This document shows, piece by piece, positions 1 through 9,153 of a stretch of DNA of 63,886 nt. Origin of the DNA: Sandaracinaceae bacterium (GTDB lineage Bacteria > Myxococcota_A > Polyangia > Polyangiales > Sandaracinaceae). Made by a program: the position numbers and the translations under genes. The stretch lies in assembly GCA_044220955.1 (NCBI GenBank), contig JBGAQA010000035.1, positions 1 through 63,886 on the forward strand, read 5' to 3'. A model generated the notes under the pieces. That model worked only from the letters and a program-made list of their open reading frames with translations, was not told where the DNA came from and ran no database searches. Each line of letters opens with the position of its first letter. Position 1 is the stretch's first letter.

Positions 1-1
1 C

Positions 2-868
2 ATCGCTACTTTTATCATTTGGTCTGCGGGCCGCGCTTATAACTTTGCCCTCGTTGATTCTCTCCGCAAGGGACGCCCCACACTCTTCAGTGCAAGCAAT
101 CGTCTTGATGCGGCCGCGATCCACGCCGCGCTCGACGGGTGCGTCGCGCGGCTCGTGGAGCGAGAGATCGCGCTGCGGAGCCCGGGCGGGGCACGGGCGC
201 ATCTCGGGGAGCTCGCGTTGCCGCGCGAGGATCTGGAGGCCCGGATCGGGAGGCTCGAGAAGGAATTGGAGGACGAGCGGGCCGCGGCCGCCGCGCTCCG
301 CACGACGCGCCGCGAGGCGGACACGTCTGTCGCGCTCGGCGCCATGGAGCGTGCGCTCTCGATCGGCGCGCTCGTGGCGGTGCCGGGCTCGCTCTGGCAG
401 ACGTGGGACCAGCTCGCTCGCGGGCGTGAGCTCCCGGGCGAGCTGGCGGTCGTGATCGACGCGGCGCTGCTGGGCGTCTGCGCGCTCGCGCTCTACGTCG
501 GGCGTCGTACCGCGTTCGCGAACGAGGCGACGCGGCGCGTGAGCATGAGCGTCGTCCTCGTCCCCACGACGATCCTCGCGGCGAACTGCATCACGCTCGC
601 AGGCGGCGGCACCACGGACCAGATGACGCTCCACGGCAGCGTCGCGCTCGCGTGCGTGGTCGCCCTCGCGTCGCTCACGGTCCTGCGTGACCTCTGGCCG
701 ATCGTCGTGCTGCTCACGCTCCAGACGATCCTGGGCATGCTCGTGTCCAACCTCGGCACCGCCCTCATCGGGGTCACGACACCCGTGGCGCTACTTCTCT
801 ATGCCCGCGCGATCCGCCTCGAAGCCGCACGCTCGCGGGTCCGCGACGAGCAGGCCGTCGATCGCTGA
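2..868 (+). CDS. 5'-truncated membrane protein (coiled coil plus about 5-6 TM helices), resembling the C-terminal part of myxobacterial membrane Ser/Thr kinases; first ~105 nt probably foreign
   Basis: Frame open from position 2 to the stop at 868. Helical EARIGRLEKELEDE segment is followed by hydrophobic stretches. Confidence 0.55.
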   Translation: MATFIIWSAGRAYNFALVDSLRKGRPTLFSASNRLDAAAIHAALDGCVARLVEREIALRSPGGARAHLGELALPREDLEARIGRLEKELEDERAAAAALRTTRREADTSVALGAMERALSIGALVAVPGSLWQTWDQLARGRELPGELAVVIDAALLGVCALALYVGRRTAFANEATRRVSMSVVLVPTTILAANCITLAGGGTTDQMTLHGSVALACVVALASLTVLRDLWPIVVLLTLQTILGMLVSNLGTALIGVTTPVALLLYARAIRLEAARSRVRDEQAVDR

Positions 869-915
869 CGTCCCGGGGCGGATCGTCGTTCCGCGGATCT
901 CGTCGGGCCTCGGGA

Positions 916-1674
916 TCAGGCGCCCGGCCGCTGCCAGATCCCGCCCACGCGGCGCTGCTCGGGCGGCGCGATCGACTCGCGAAGCGCCACCGCGAGGGGC
1001 TGCACCGCGAGGAAGTGCGCGACCGCGAGAGCTCCACCGAGCGTGCTCAGCCCGCTGAACCAAGGCCGGACGAGCGCGAGCGCCGTGATGCCGGCGAGCA
1101 CGCCCAGCGAGGCCGCCACGAACACGAACGCACGCCCACGCCCCGACGCGACGACGGCGCGCGGGTCCCGATCCGAGACGAGAGCCGCGGCCAGCGTGGC
1201 GCCATCGCGCGCGCCGGCGAGCCAGACACGCCGCCGCGGCGCCCCCACGGCGACCACGAGATCGCTCCCGAGGCCGCGGTTCGTGCTCGCGCCCCGGAAC
1301 GCCGCGTCGAAGTCCGTCTCGGCTCGCGTGCCGGACGCCTCGGCGCTCCACACACGCGCCCCCTCCGCGGACGACACCGTGACCTGCTCGCCGGCGATCT
1401 CGACGGTCCCGCCGAGCACGCGCGCGCTGCGCGAGGCCTCGGTGAAGAGGATGCGATCCGGCCCGCTCGTGGTGATGGCGCGCCCGATCTGCGCGACCCG
1501 CACCTCCGCGAGGCTCGGCGTCGCGTCGACGACGTCGGCCTCGACGGGCGCACCGAGCCCGGCGAGGAGCTTCGCGAGCGCGCGCTGCGCCTGCCAGACG
1601 TGCGCGGCGATCAGCAGCGTGTTCAGCCATACGACGCCCAGGCAGAAGGCGCCCATCAGCTCGTTGGTCAGCAC
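916..1674 (-). CDS. Hypothetical membrane protein, last gene of the desaturase operon
   Basis: N-terminal and C-terminal hydrophobic helices; starts 9 nt after the upstream desaturase stop; host-like codon usage. Confidence 0.7.
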   Translation of the reverse strand: MLTNELMGAFCLGVVWLNTLLIAAHVWQAQRALAKLLAGLGAPVEADVVDATPSLAEVRVAQIGRAITTSGPDRILFTEASRSARVLGGTVEIAGEQVTVSSAEGARVWSAEASGTRAETDFDAAFRGASTNRGLGSDLVVAVGAPRRRVWLAGARDGATLAAALVSDRDPRAVVASGRGRAFVFVAASLGVLAGITALALVRPWFSGLSTLGGALAVAHFLAVQPLAVALRESIAPPEQRRVGGIWQRPGA

Positions 1675-1683
1675 GGGCGAGGT

Positions 1684-2691
1684 CTACTCGGCGAGCGCTT
1701 CCGCCTCGGCCTCGGCGCGCCGCTCCGCGCGCGACGCGAGCACGACGTCACGACCCGCGTCCCGATCCACGGGCTTGCCGTGCGTGCGCCCGAGCACGAA
1801 GCGGCGGAACAGGTAGACGACCATCGATCGCTCGTCGAGCGCGGGGTCGATGCGCGCCGTCACCTCGCGCTGGTGCATCTCGGCCAGGACCGACCAGTGG
1901 AGCCCGGCGCGGTTGTGATGGATCGTGTGGTAGCCGTTGTTGCACATCACCCAGTTGAAGGCGCGGCCCACGAAGTTGCGCGAGTGGTTCCACTCGCTCG
2001 TCGTGTCGCAGCCCTCGTGCTGGATGAGGTTGATGCGCAGGATGCCCCGCGCGCCCCAGAGCTGCGGCACGAGCACGAAGAACACGGTGCCCCAGAAGTC
2101 GTGGAGCATGAGCGCGCCGGTGAGCCCGAACGCGAACGCCTGCTCGAGGTGGTACTGCCCACGGAAGTCGCGCTGACGCGTCGTGCGCGCCCAGCGCGAG
2201 ACGCCGGCGAACGTGCGCGGACCGGCGACGTTCGGGAAGTGGAGCAGGTTCAGGAGCGGCAGGCGGAACGACGTGATGCCGGGCGCGGCCCAGTCCTGCT
2301 GCCCGTCGTCGTCGAAGTGGTGGTGGACGATGTTGTGCGACGCGATGTTCGCGCTCGCCGGGTAGAGCGACCCGAACGAGAGCGCGCAGCGGAAGGCGCG
2401 GTTCAGCGCGCGGCTCTTGAAGATGCCCTTGTGCATCTGGTTGTGGATGACGACCGAGTTCAGGAAGCTCAGCCAGCAGGCCAGCGCCAGACACCCGAGG
2501 TTGCGGCACGCCGGGACGAGCACCATCGCGAAGAGCAGCGCGACGTAGCCCGACACGATCGCCACCTGGCGGCGATCCGCACGGTGGTGCAGCAGCCAGG
2601 TCTCCTCGCTCCGCCGCGTCGACCGCGCCGGACGCGCGGAGCGACCGTTCGCCTCGAGCGTGCCTTCGAAGGTCTGGCCTGCGGGGCTCAC
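1684..2691 (-). CDS. Membrane fatty acid desaturase family protein
   Basis: Three His boxes: HNQMH, HNIVHHH and QH...NNGYHTIHH; TM segments. Confidence 0.9.
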   Translation of the reverse strand: MSPAGQTFEGTLEANGRSARPARSTRRSEETWLLHHRADRRQVAIVSGYVALLFAMVLVPACRNLGCLALACWLSFLNSVVIHNQMHKGIFKSRALNRAFRCALSFGSLYPASANIASHNIVHHHFDDDGQQDWAAPGITSFRLPLLNLLHFPNVAGPRTFAGVSRWARTTRQRDFRGQYHLEQAFAFGLTGALMLHDFWGTVFFVLVPQLWGARGILRINLIQHEGCDTTSEWNHSRNFVGRAFNWVMCNNGYHTIHHNRAGLHWSVLAEMHQREVTARIDPALDERSMVVYLFRRFVLGRTHGKPVDRDAGRDVVLASRAERRAEAEAEALAE

Positions 2692-2701
2692 GCGCGCCTC
2701 T

Positions 2702-3604
2702 CTAGACCGCGACCTCGCCCGCGACGGCGGGCGCGGCCTCGCGCGACTCGCGTGCCGGGACGTTCATGGGGTTGAACACCATGGCCATGCGGTGGTGGTT
2801 GCCGTGGAAGTAGATGCCGAAGAAGATCCGGTTGCCGACCCAGAACCAGCCGGTGTCGAGGTTCGTCGGCTCGATCGGAGCGTCCTTGGTGTGGGCGTTG
2901 TGCCCGACCCAGTTGAAGTGGATCACGAAGAGCCCGGCGAGCACCCAGCACGGCAGGACGAGCTCGACGAAGAGCGGCAGGCCGAAGAGCTGCTCCCAGA
3001 AGAGCGCCAGCGCCACGCCGCTCACGAAGGAATACACGGAGCGGAAGCGCTCGTAGCGGCGTCGCTGCGGTGTGTCGCCGTGGACGTCGAAGTACTCCTG
3101 CTGGAGCTGCTTCTCGACGTTGATCAGCGTGTGGAGCGCGAAGCTCCAGTAGCCGCGCTCGGCCGGGTGCGGATCGCGGACGGGGTCGTCGCTGTAGCGG
3201 TGGTGCCGGCGGTGGACGATCTCCCAGCTCGCAAACTTCGTCAGGACGTACGCGCCGCAGAGCTCGCCGACGATCCGGTTGAGGACCTTGCCCGCCGTGC
3301 TCCGCCCGAACGCGCCGTGAGAAGCGCAGTGCGAGAACACGTGCGCCATGATGGTCAGGTAGAGCACGATCGGGAAGAGCGCGAAGTGCCAGAGGGCGAA
3401 GTCGCTCGCCGGCGCCGTGTAGCCGGACAGCCGCAGCGCGACGACACCGCCCACGGCGAGCACCAAGAACACCGTGTCGTGCTTCGCGTAGAAGCGTGGG
3501 TCGCGCTTGAACTGCGCGTACGGCAGGGTCGTCCACCAGCTCTGAGAGGCGCTCACGTCGCGGCCCGACAGCAATCCTCGGGCCCGGTGCTCAGGTGTGC
3601 CCAA
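2702..3604 (-). CDS. Membrane fatty acid desaturase family protein (start uncertain)
   Basis: His boxes HCASH, HRRHHRYSD..DPH and HGNHH; TM segments. Confidence 0.9.
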   Translation of the reverse strand: MGTPEHRARGLLSGRDVSASQSWWTTLPYAQFKRDPRFYAKHDTVFLVLAVGGVVALRLSGYTAPASDFALWHFALFPIVLYLTIMAHVFSHCASHGAFGRSTAGKVLNRIVGELCGAYVLTKFASWEIVHRRHHRYSDDPVRDPHPAERGYWSFALHTLINVEKQLQQEYFDVHGDTPQRRRYERFRSVYSFVSGVALALFWEQLFGLPLFVELVLPCWVLAGLFVIHFNWVGHNAHTKDAPIEPTNLDTGWFWVGNRIFFGIYFHGNHHRMAMVFNPMNVPARESREAAPAVAGEVAV

Positions 3605-3619
3605 AGCGCACAGCCAACG

Positions 3620-4528
3620 TCAGTTCACGATGTGGAGGAGCTGGACGTCGAACACGAGCATGCCCGCCGGCGGGCCGGGGCGCCCCTGATACGCGAGCTC
3701 CTGCGGGATCCAGAAACGCCTCGTTTCGCCCTCGACCATGAGCGGAACGCCCTCGGTCCAGCCGGCGATGACGTGGTCGAGCGGGAACGTCGCGGGCGTG
3801 CCGCGCTGGACGGACGAGTCGAACATCCGACCGTCCGTGGTCCAACCCGTATAGTGAACCTCGACCACACTTGTGGACGTCGGATGACGGGTACCTGAAC
3901 CGGCGGTCAGCACCCGCGACGCGAGCCCCGAAGCCTCGCGGTGGGCGCTCGCGGGGATCGCCGCCACGTCGTCGGGCGCTGGGATCGCCGCGGCCGCTGG
4001 CGTCGGCGGCGCCGCCGCCGGAGACGGGACGAAGGAGATCAGCTCCACGTCGAACACGAGCATGCCGGCGGGCGCGCCGGGCTGTCCGCGGTAGGCGAGG
4101 TCCTGCGGGATCCAGAAGCGGCGGCGCTCGCCGGCGACCATCAGCTGCAGGCCCTCGGTCCAGCCCGCGATCACGTGATCGAGCGGGAACGTCGCCGGCT
4201 CTCCGCCGCGCGACGAGTCGAACTGCTGGCCGTCGGTCGTCCAGCCCGTGTAGTGCACGGTGACCCGATCGGTCGCGCTCGGGTGCGCGGTGCCGGTCCC
4301 CGCGGCGAGCACGCGCGACGCCAGGCCGCTGGCGGTTCGCTCGGCGGTCGCCGGCGGGGCGGCCACGTCGGACGGGACGGCGTCGGCGCCGGGCGCGGCG
4401 GGACCCGGAGCGCCCTCGGGCGGCGTCTCCACGTGGAGCGAGGATCCGCGCGGATGGAAGCGGGGCTCCTCGCGGTCGCAGGCGACGAGGGCGAGCAGCA
4501 CGGTGAGCGAGACGATTGCCGGGCGCAT
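3620..4528 (-). CDS. FKBP-type peptidyl-prolyl isomerase lipoprotein with two tandem FKBP domains
   Basis: Lipobox LVAC; two copies of VHYTGW..DG..FDSS...FPLDHVIAGWTEG...LVFDV.L. Confidence 0.92.
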   Translation of the reverse strand: MRPAIVSLTVLLALVACDREEPRFHPRGSSLHVETPPEGAPGPAAPGADAVPSDVAAPPATAERTASGLASRVLAAGTGTAHPSATDRVTVHYTGWTTDGQQFDSSRGGEPATFPLDHVIAGWTEGLQLMVAGERRRFWIPQDLAYRGQPGAPAGMLVFDVELISFVPSPAAAPPTPAAAAIPAPDDVAAIPASAHREASGLASRVLTAGSGTRHPTSTSVVEVHYTGWTTDGRMFDSSVQRGTPATFPLDHVIAGWTEGVPLMVEGETRRFWIPQELAYQGRPGPPAGMLVFDVQLLHIVN

Positions 4529-4579
4529 GGCGGCGCGTGGTAGCTGAACCCGGCGAGCCTGTCGACCGCGTCGGGCGCC

Positions 4580-5302
4580 CTACCCCGGCCGTGGACGCGT
4601 GGCGAAGAGCGCGATCGAGGCGGCGACCGAGGCGTTCAGGCTGGCGATGGCGTTCGTCATCGGGATGCGCGCGAGCGAGGTGCACTGCTTGCGCACGAGC
4701 GGGCGCAAGCCCTTGCCCTCCGAGCCGACCACGAGGACACGCCCCTCGGGCGCCGGCGGCAGCGCGTCGATGTCGTGCTCGCCCTCGGCGTCGAGGCCCA
4801 CGACCGAGAGCCCGCGCTCGTCGCGGAGCTCGGCGAGCGTGCGCGCGAGGTTGGTGACGCGCGCGATGCGGGCGTGCTCCGTCGCACCCGCGGACGCGCG
4901 CACGACCGCGCCGGTGACGGGTGCAGCACGGTCCTTGAGCGTGAGCACGCCGTGGGCGCCGAGCGCGACCGCGCTGCGGATCATCGCGCCGAAGTTGTGC
5001 GGATCGGTGATCTCGTCGAGGGCGAGCAGGAAGGGGGCGCCCTCGATGCCGCCGAGCAGGCCCTCGAGGTCGAGGTACGGGTAGTCGCCGCCGATGGCGA
5101 CGACGCCCTGGTGGCGCAGTCCCTCGGCGAGCGCGTCGAGCTCCGCGGGCGTGCGCTGCTCGATCCGCACGTTGCGATCCTTGGCGAGCTGGCCCAGCTG
5201 CTCGAGTCGCACGCCCGGCGCGACGTACACGACGTGCACTCCCGCCGCGTTCGCCTGGAGCGCCTCGGTGACGGAGTGCGTGCCCGCCAGGATGCGCCTC
5301 AT
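4580..5302 (-). CDS. rlmB: 23S rRNA Gm2251 2'-O-methyltransferase (SPOUT/TrmH family)
   Basis: HQGV, LDEITDPHNFGAMIRSA, GSEGKGLR, SLNASVA; ATG overlaps the pyrF stop (ATGA). Confidence 0.9.
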   Translation of the reverse strand: MRRILAGTHSVTEALQANAAGVHVVYVAPGVRLEQLGQLAKDRNVRIEQRTPAELDALAEGLRHQGVVAIGGDYPYLDLEGLLGGIEGAPFLLALDEITDPHNFGAMIRSAVALGAHGVLTLKDRAAPVTGAVVRASAGATEHARIARVTNLARTLAELRDERGLSVVGLDAEGEHDIDALPPAPEGRVLVVGSEGKGLRPLVRKQCTSLARIPMTNAIASLNASVAASIALFATRPRPG

Positions 5303-6000
5303 GGGCGCTCGAGCGCGGCGAGGATGGCGTCGGCGGCGGCGAGCGGATCGGCGGCGTCGCGGATCGGGCGGCCGACGACGAGGACGTCGGCGCCGGCGGC
5401 CACCGCCACCTCCGGCGTCGCGACGCGCTGCTGGTCCCCCGCCGCGGCGCCTGCGGGCCGGATGCCCGGCACCACGAGCTCGACGGCGCTCGAGAGCCCG
5501 CGCAGTGCCGCGACCTCGTGGGGCGAGCACACCAGCCCGGGGACGCCAGCGCCGATCGCCATCTTCGCGAGCCGCTCGGCCAGCCTGCCGGGCGACTCCG
5601 CGTGACCGACGGCCGTCAGCTGGGCCTCGTCCAGGCTCGTGAGCACCGTGACCGCGAGCAAGCGCGTCTCACTGCCCGCGACCGCCTTCACCGTCTCGCG
5701 AAGCGCGCTCGGACCGGCGCTGGCGTGGATCGTGAGGTAGCGGACGCCGAGCTCGGCGGCGCGCGCGGCCGCGCCCGCCATCGTGGCGGGGATGTCGTGG
5801 AGCTTGAGATCGAGGAAGCACGCCGCGCCGCTCTGGTGCACGCGCTTCACCGCCGCAGGCCCGCCGGCCACGAAGAGCTCGAGGCCGACCTTCATGACGC
5901 CGATCCGCGGGGCCAGGCGCTCCATCCAGCGCGTGGCCTCGTCGAGGTCCGCGCCGTCGAGGGGAAACGCCAGCCGCTCGCGCGCCGCCGCGTGCCTCAT
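5299..6000 (-). CDS. pyrF: Orotidine-5'-phosphate decarboxylase
   Basis: KVGLELF, FLDLKLHDIPAT, AVTVLTS, PGIRP, DQQRV, VVGRPI. Confidence 0.97.
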   Translation of the reverse strand: MRHAAARERLAFPLDGADLDEATRWMERLAPRIGVMKVGLELFVAGGPAAVKRVHQSGAACFLDLKLHDIPATMAGAAARAAELGVRYLTIHASAGPSALRETVKAVAGSETRLLAVTVLTSLDEAQLTAVGHAESPGRLAERLAKMAIGAGVPGLVCSPHEVAALRGLSSAVELVVPGIRPAGAAAGDQQRVATPEVAVAAGADVLVVGRPIRDAADPLAAADAILAALERP

Positions 6001-7901
6001 CGGGACACCAGCCGACCGTGGTCGAAGCGGAACGTGAGCGCGTGATCACGCCAGGGCAAGAGCGGCGGATCGACGCCGTCGGTCGGCGCTGCGTCGCCGA
6101 AGGGCCAGCTGGGCGCGGCCCAGCCGCGCGCCGTGCCGGGGCGGATCTCGAGGTGTCCCCCGGTCGTGACGACCTGGTTCTCGATCCGGTTGCCCTCGCG
6201 CTCACGGGCGACCTCGCGCTGCAGCACGGCGGGGAAGTCCGTCGGCGTGAACATGTGGATGAGGAGCACCTCGCGCCGCACCTCGCCGATCGTCTGCCGG
6301 ATCCGGAAGAGCAGCTCGCTCCGGCCCTCGCCGGTGAGATCGGCGATCGAGAAGTCGAGCAGGTCGGCGGCCTCGCAGGGCAGCTGGTAGCGGAACCAGC
6401 CCGTCCCGTCGCGGAACTCGGGGCCGACGACGACCAGCTCGCGGCCGAACACGAGCGCACGCTCGGCCGCCGGCGAGCCGGCGAGGTTCCCCGTGCGATC
6501 GAAGGTGGGCCGGACGCGCGCGCCGATGCCGGCCTCGCGCCGGAACGCGGCGAGCACGTCGTCCATCGAGGGAGGCGGCGGCGCGGGCTCGTCGCCGTCG
6601 CCCGCTCCGGTCGCGGACGTCGACGCGACGGTCGCGGGGTCGACGTAGTGCGGGTTCGGACGCTCCGAGATCTGCGCGAACGCGTGCCCGTCCCAGCGAA
6701 ACGTCCGCTCGGCGATCGGCCCCCACGGAAGGATCATCGGCTGCACGTCCGTCGGCGGCGACTCGCGCAGCGTGCTCGCGTCGAGCCCGTGCGCCGTGCC
6801 AGCGCCCGTCACGATCGATGCCAGCGCGCCGCGCCGACCGCGCTCGATGCGCGCGGTGCCCTCGACCGATCCCTGGGGCGTCTGCTTGCGGATCTCCACG
6901 TCGAAGATCGACGCGATGCTCGTCGTCGAGAGCGAGAGCACCTCGAAGAGGTCGCGCGAGCCGACCGTGTCGTGCTGCCGCAGGACGACGCAGAGCTCGG
7001 CCTTCCCGTCGCCCGTGAGATCGATCGGCGCCTCCACGCGCACGAGATCGGACGCGGCCGGGATGCCGAGCTCCGCGAAGCCGTAGCCGGTGCCGCCCTC
7101 GTACGCCGGCCCCATCACGATCACGAAGCGGTCGATGATCATCACGTGCTCGGGCGTCGCGTCTTCGGCGACGTCCACGTGCCACTCGTGCGTGGGGCGC
7201 GCGGCCGAGAGCCCGCGCGGCTCGAGGAACGCGCGCAGGCGCTCCGTCTCGCCGTTGGAGGGCGCGAGCGGCACCAGGAGGTCGAGGTGCGCCCGATCGA
7301 CCGGGCAGAGCGCGGGCTCCGCCTCGAGCGTCGGGTGCGCCGCCTGATCCACGTCCCGCAGGCGCACCGAGCCGCGGCCGCGCTCCAGCTCGTCGTGTCC
7401 GGGGATGGCCGACCAGGGCACGAACGCCTCGATCGTGTATCCGGTCCCGCGCGCGAGCGGCGCCTCCACGACCTGCGCGCCGCGGGGCGTCGTGCGCCGG
7501 CGCGCCCCGATCGCGCCGGTCTGCACCGCCGCGGCGCTCGTGCCCGCGACGCCGGCATAGAGCCAGACCTCGGTGGCCGTCAGCGCCCGGCCGTGCGGGA
7601 GGGCGAGCGTGACGACCACCGCGTCCTCGGCGTCGGCGGGGTGCGCCGTGCGGACCATGCGGTCGTCGTGCACCTCGGCCGCGACGAAGAGCCCCTCCCC
7701 GTCGTAGGCGAGCGCGAAGCGCATCGAGGCGTCGTCGCCCGACCCGACGCTCGTCATGGTGGTCGTCCACTCCCGGAGCAGGCCGTCGACCGTGATCGCG
7801 CCCCCGGCGACCTCCGCGATCGGGAGCGTGGCCTGCGCGGACGCGCGCGAGGGCGGGCAGAAAGCAGAGAGCACGGCGAGAGCGAGCAGACCCCGGCGCA
7901 T
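5997..7901 (-). CDS. Secreted protein with a CBM9/DOMON-like N-terminal domain and an internally duplicated C-terminal domain
   Basis: Signal peptide MRRGLLALAVL...ASA; ITVDGLLREW, YDGEGLFVAAEVHDD, YTIEAFVPW; two DLTG(D/E)G..EL...LPW repeats. Confidence 0.7.
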   Translation of the reverse strand: MRRGLLALAVLSAFCPPSRASAQATLPIAEVAGGAITVDGLLREWTTTMTSVGSGDDASMRFALAYDGEGLFVAAEVHDDRMVRTAHPADAEDAVVVTLALPHGRALTATEVWLYAGVAGTSAAAVQTGAIGARRRTTPRGAQVVEAPLARGTGYTIEAFVPWSAIPGHDELERGRGSVRLRDVDQAAHPTLEAEPALCPVDRAHLDLLVPLAPSNGETERLRAFLEPRGLSAARPTHEWHVDVAEDATPEHVMIIDRFVIVMGPAYEGGTGYGFAELGIPAASDLVRVEAPIDLTGDGKAELCVVLRQHDTVGSRDLFEVLSLSTTSIASIFDVEIRKQTPQGSVEGTARIERGRRGALASIVTGAGTAHGLDASTLRESPPTDVQPMILPWGPIAERTFRWDGHAFAQISERPNPHYVDPATVASTSATGAGDGDEPAPPPPSMDDVLAAFRREAGIGARVRPTFDRTGNLAGSPAAERALVFGRELVVVGPEFRDGTGWFRYQLPCEAADLLDFSIADLTGEGRSELLFRIRQTIGEVRREVLLIHMFTPTDFPAVLQREVAREREGNRIENQVVTTGGHLEIRPGTARGWAAPSWPFGDAAPTDGVDPPLLPWRDHALTFRFDHGRLVSR

Positions 7902-7946
7902 CGGGCGCGAAGGTAGCACTGCTGCGCGGCGCGCACTCCCGTCGGC

Positions 7947-9110
7947 TCACGCCACCGGGAGCGCCACCTTGATCTTCCTCTTCTCACCGCGCAGCGCGAG
8001 CTGCCCGCAAGCGGCGGCGATGTCGTCGCCTTTGCGCCGACGGACGAAGCTGGGCACGCCGCCCGCGCGCAAGACCTCCTGGAACGCGTCGACCGTCGGC
8101 CAGTCCGGCGCTGCGAGCGGGTTCCCGTCGACCGCGTTCATGGGGATGAGGTTCACCTTCGAGGGTAGCCCGCGCAGGACCCGCGCCAGCTCGCGAGCGT
8201 CCGCGGGCGAGGCGTTCACCCCCGCGATCAGGGTGTACTCGATCGTGATGCGGCGTCGCTTCGGCAGCGGATAGCGGCGCAGCGCGTCGAGGAGATCGGC
8301 GAGCGGGTACTTCTTGTTGATCGGCATCAGCGACGTGCGCTGAGCGTCGGTCGCCGCGTGGAGCGACACCGCGAGCTGCACCTGCCCGCCGAAGTCGCGG
8401 CCGAGCCGATCGATCTCCGGGACCAGACCGCTGGTCGACACCGTGACGCGGCGACGCGAGAGGCCGAGCCCGTCGGGGTGCGTCAGCAGCACCAGCGCTC
8501 GCGCGAGCGCGTCGTAGTTCGCGAGCGGCTCGCCCATCCCCATGAACACGACGTTGCGCACACGCTCGCCGGGATCGACCGCGCTCCGTCCGAGGATCAC
8601 CTGCGACACGATCTCGGCCGTCGTCATGTTGCGCTTGAGCCCCGCGATGCCGGACGCACAGAACACACAGCCCATCGCGCAACCGACCTGCGAGGAGATG
8701 CACTGGGTCACCCACGAAGAGCTCTCGCCCTCGCCCTCGCCCTCATCGGCGCGGAAGACCCCCTCGGCGCGCGCGCTACGCATGGGGATCAACACCGACT
8801 CCACGGCGCGACCGTCCCCCATCGCCAGCAGCAGCTTCCGGGTGCCGTCCTCGGAGAGGTGCGCCGAGCTCACGGTCAGCGGCGGCGCGAGCGGCCCCTC
8901 GCCCGCGAGGCGCTCGCGCAAGGCCTTCGGCAGATCGCTCATCGCCGCGGGGTCCGTCACGCCGCGCCGGTGGAGCCATCGGAACACCTGGGGGCCGCGG
9001 TAGCGCGGCTCGCCCCACCCGCCGAGCACCTCCGACCACTCCTCGGGCGTGCGGACGAGCGGGTGCTCGGCAGCCGCGAGCGGCGGGGTCATGGCACGCG
9101 CGAGCTTCAT
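7947..9110 (-). CDS. rlmN: Dual-specificity RNA methyltransferase RlmN (radical SAM)
   Basis: CISSQVGCAMGCVFC, NVVFMGMGEPL, VSTSG, SLHA, DIAAACGQL. Confidence 0.96.
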   Translation of the reverse strand: MKLARAMTPPLAAAEHPLVRTPEEWSEVLGGWGEPRYRGPQVFRWLHRRGVTDPAAMSDLPKALRERLAGEGPLAPPLTVSSAHLSEDGTRKLLLAMGDGRAVESVLIPMRSARAEGVFRADEGEGEGESSSWVTQCISSQVGCAMGCVFCASGIAGLKRNMTTAEIVSQVILGRSAVDPGERVRNVVFMGMGEPLANYDALARALVLLTHPDGLGLSRRRVTVSTSGLVPEIDRLGRDFGGQVQLAVSLHAATDAQRTSLMPINKKYPLADLLDALRRYPLPKRRRITIEYTLIAGVNASPADARELARVLRGLPSKVNLIPMNAVDGNPLAAPDWPTVDAFQEVLRAGGVPSFVRRRKGDDIAAACGQLALRGEKRKIKVALPVA

Positions 9111-9153
9111 CGCAGCCGCTGAACGTGGGGCCGCACGCCGCTCGCGGCAACCG

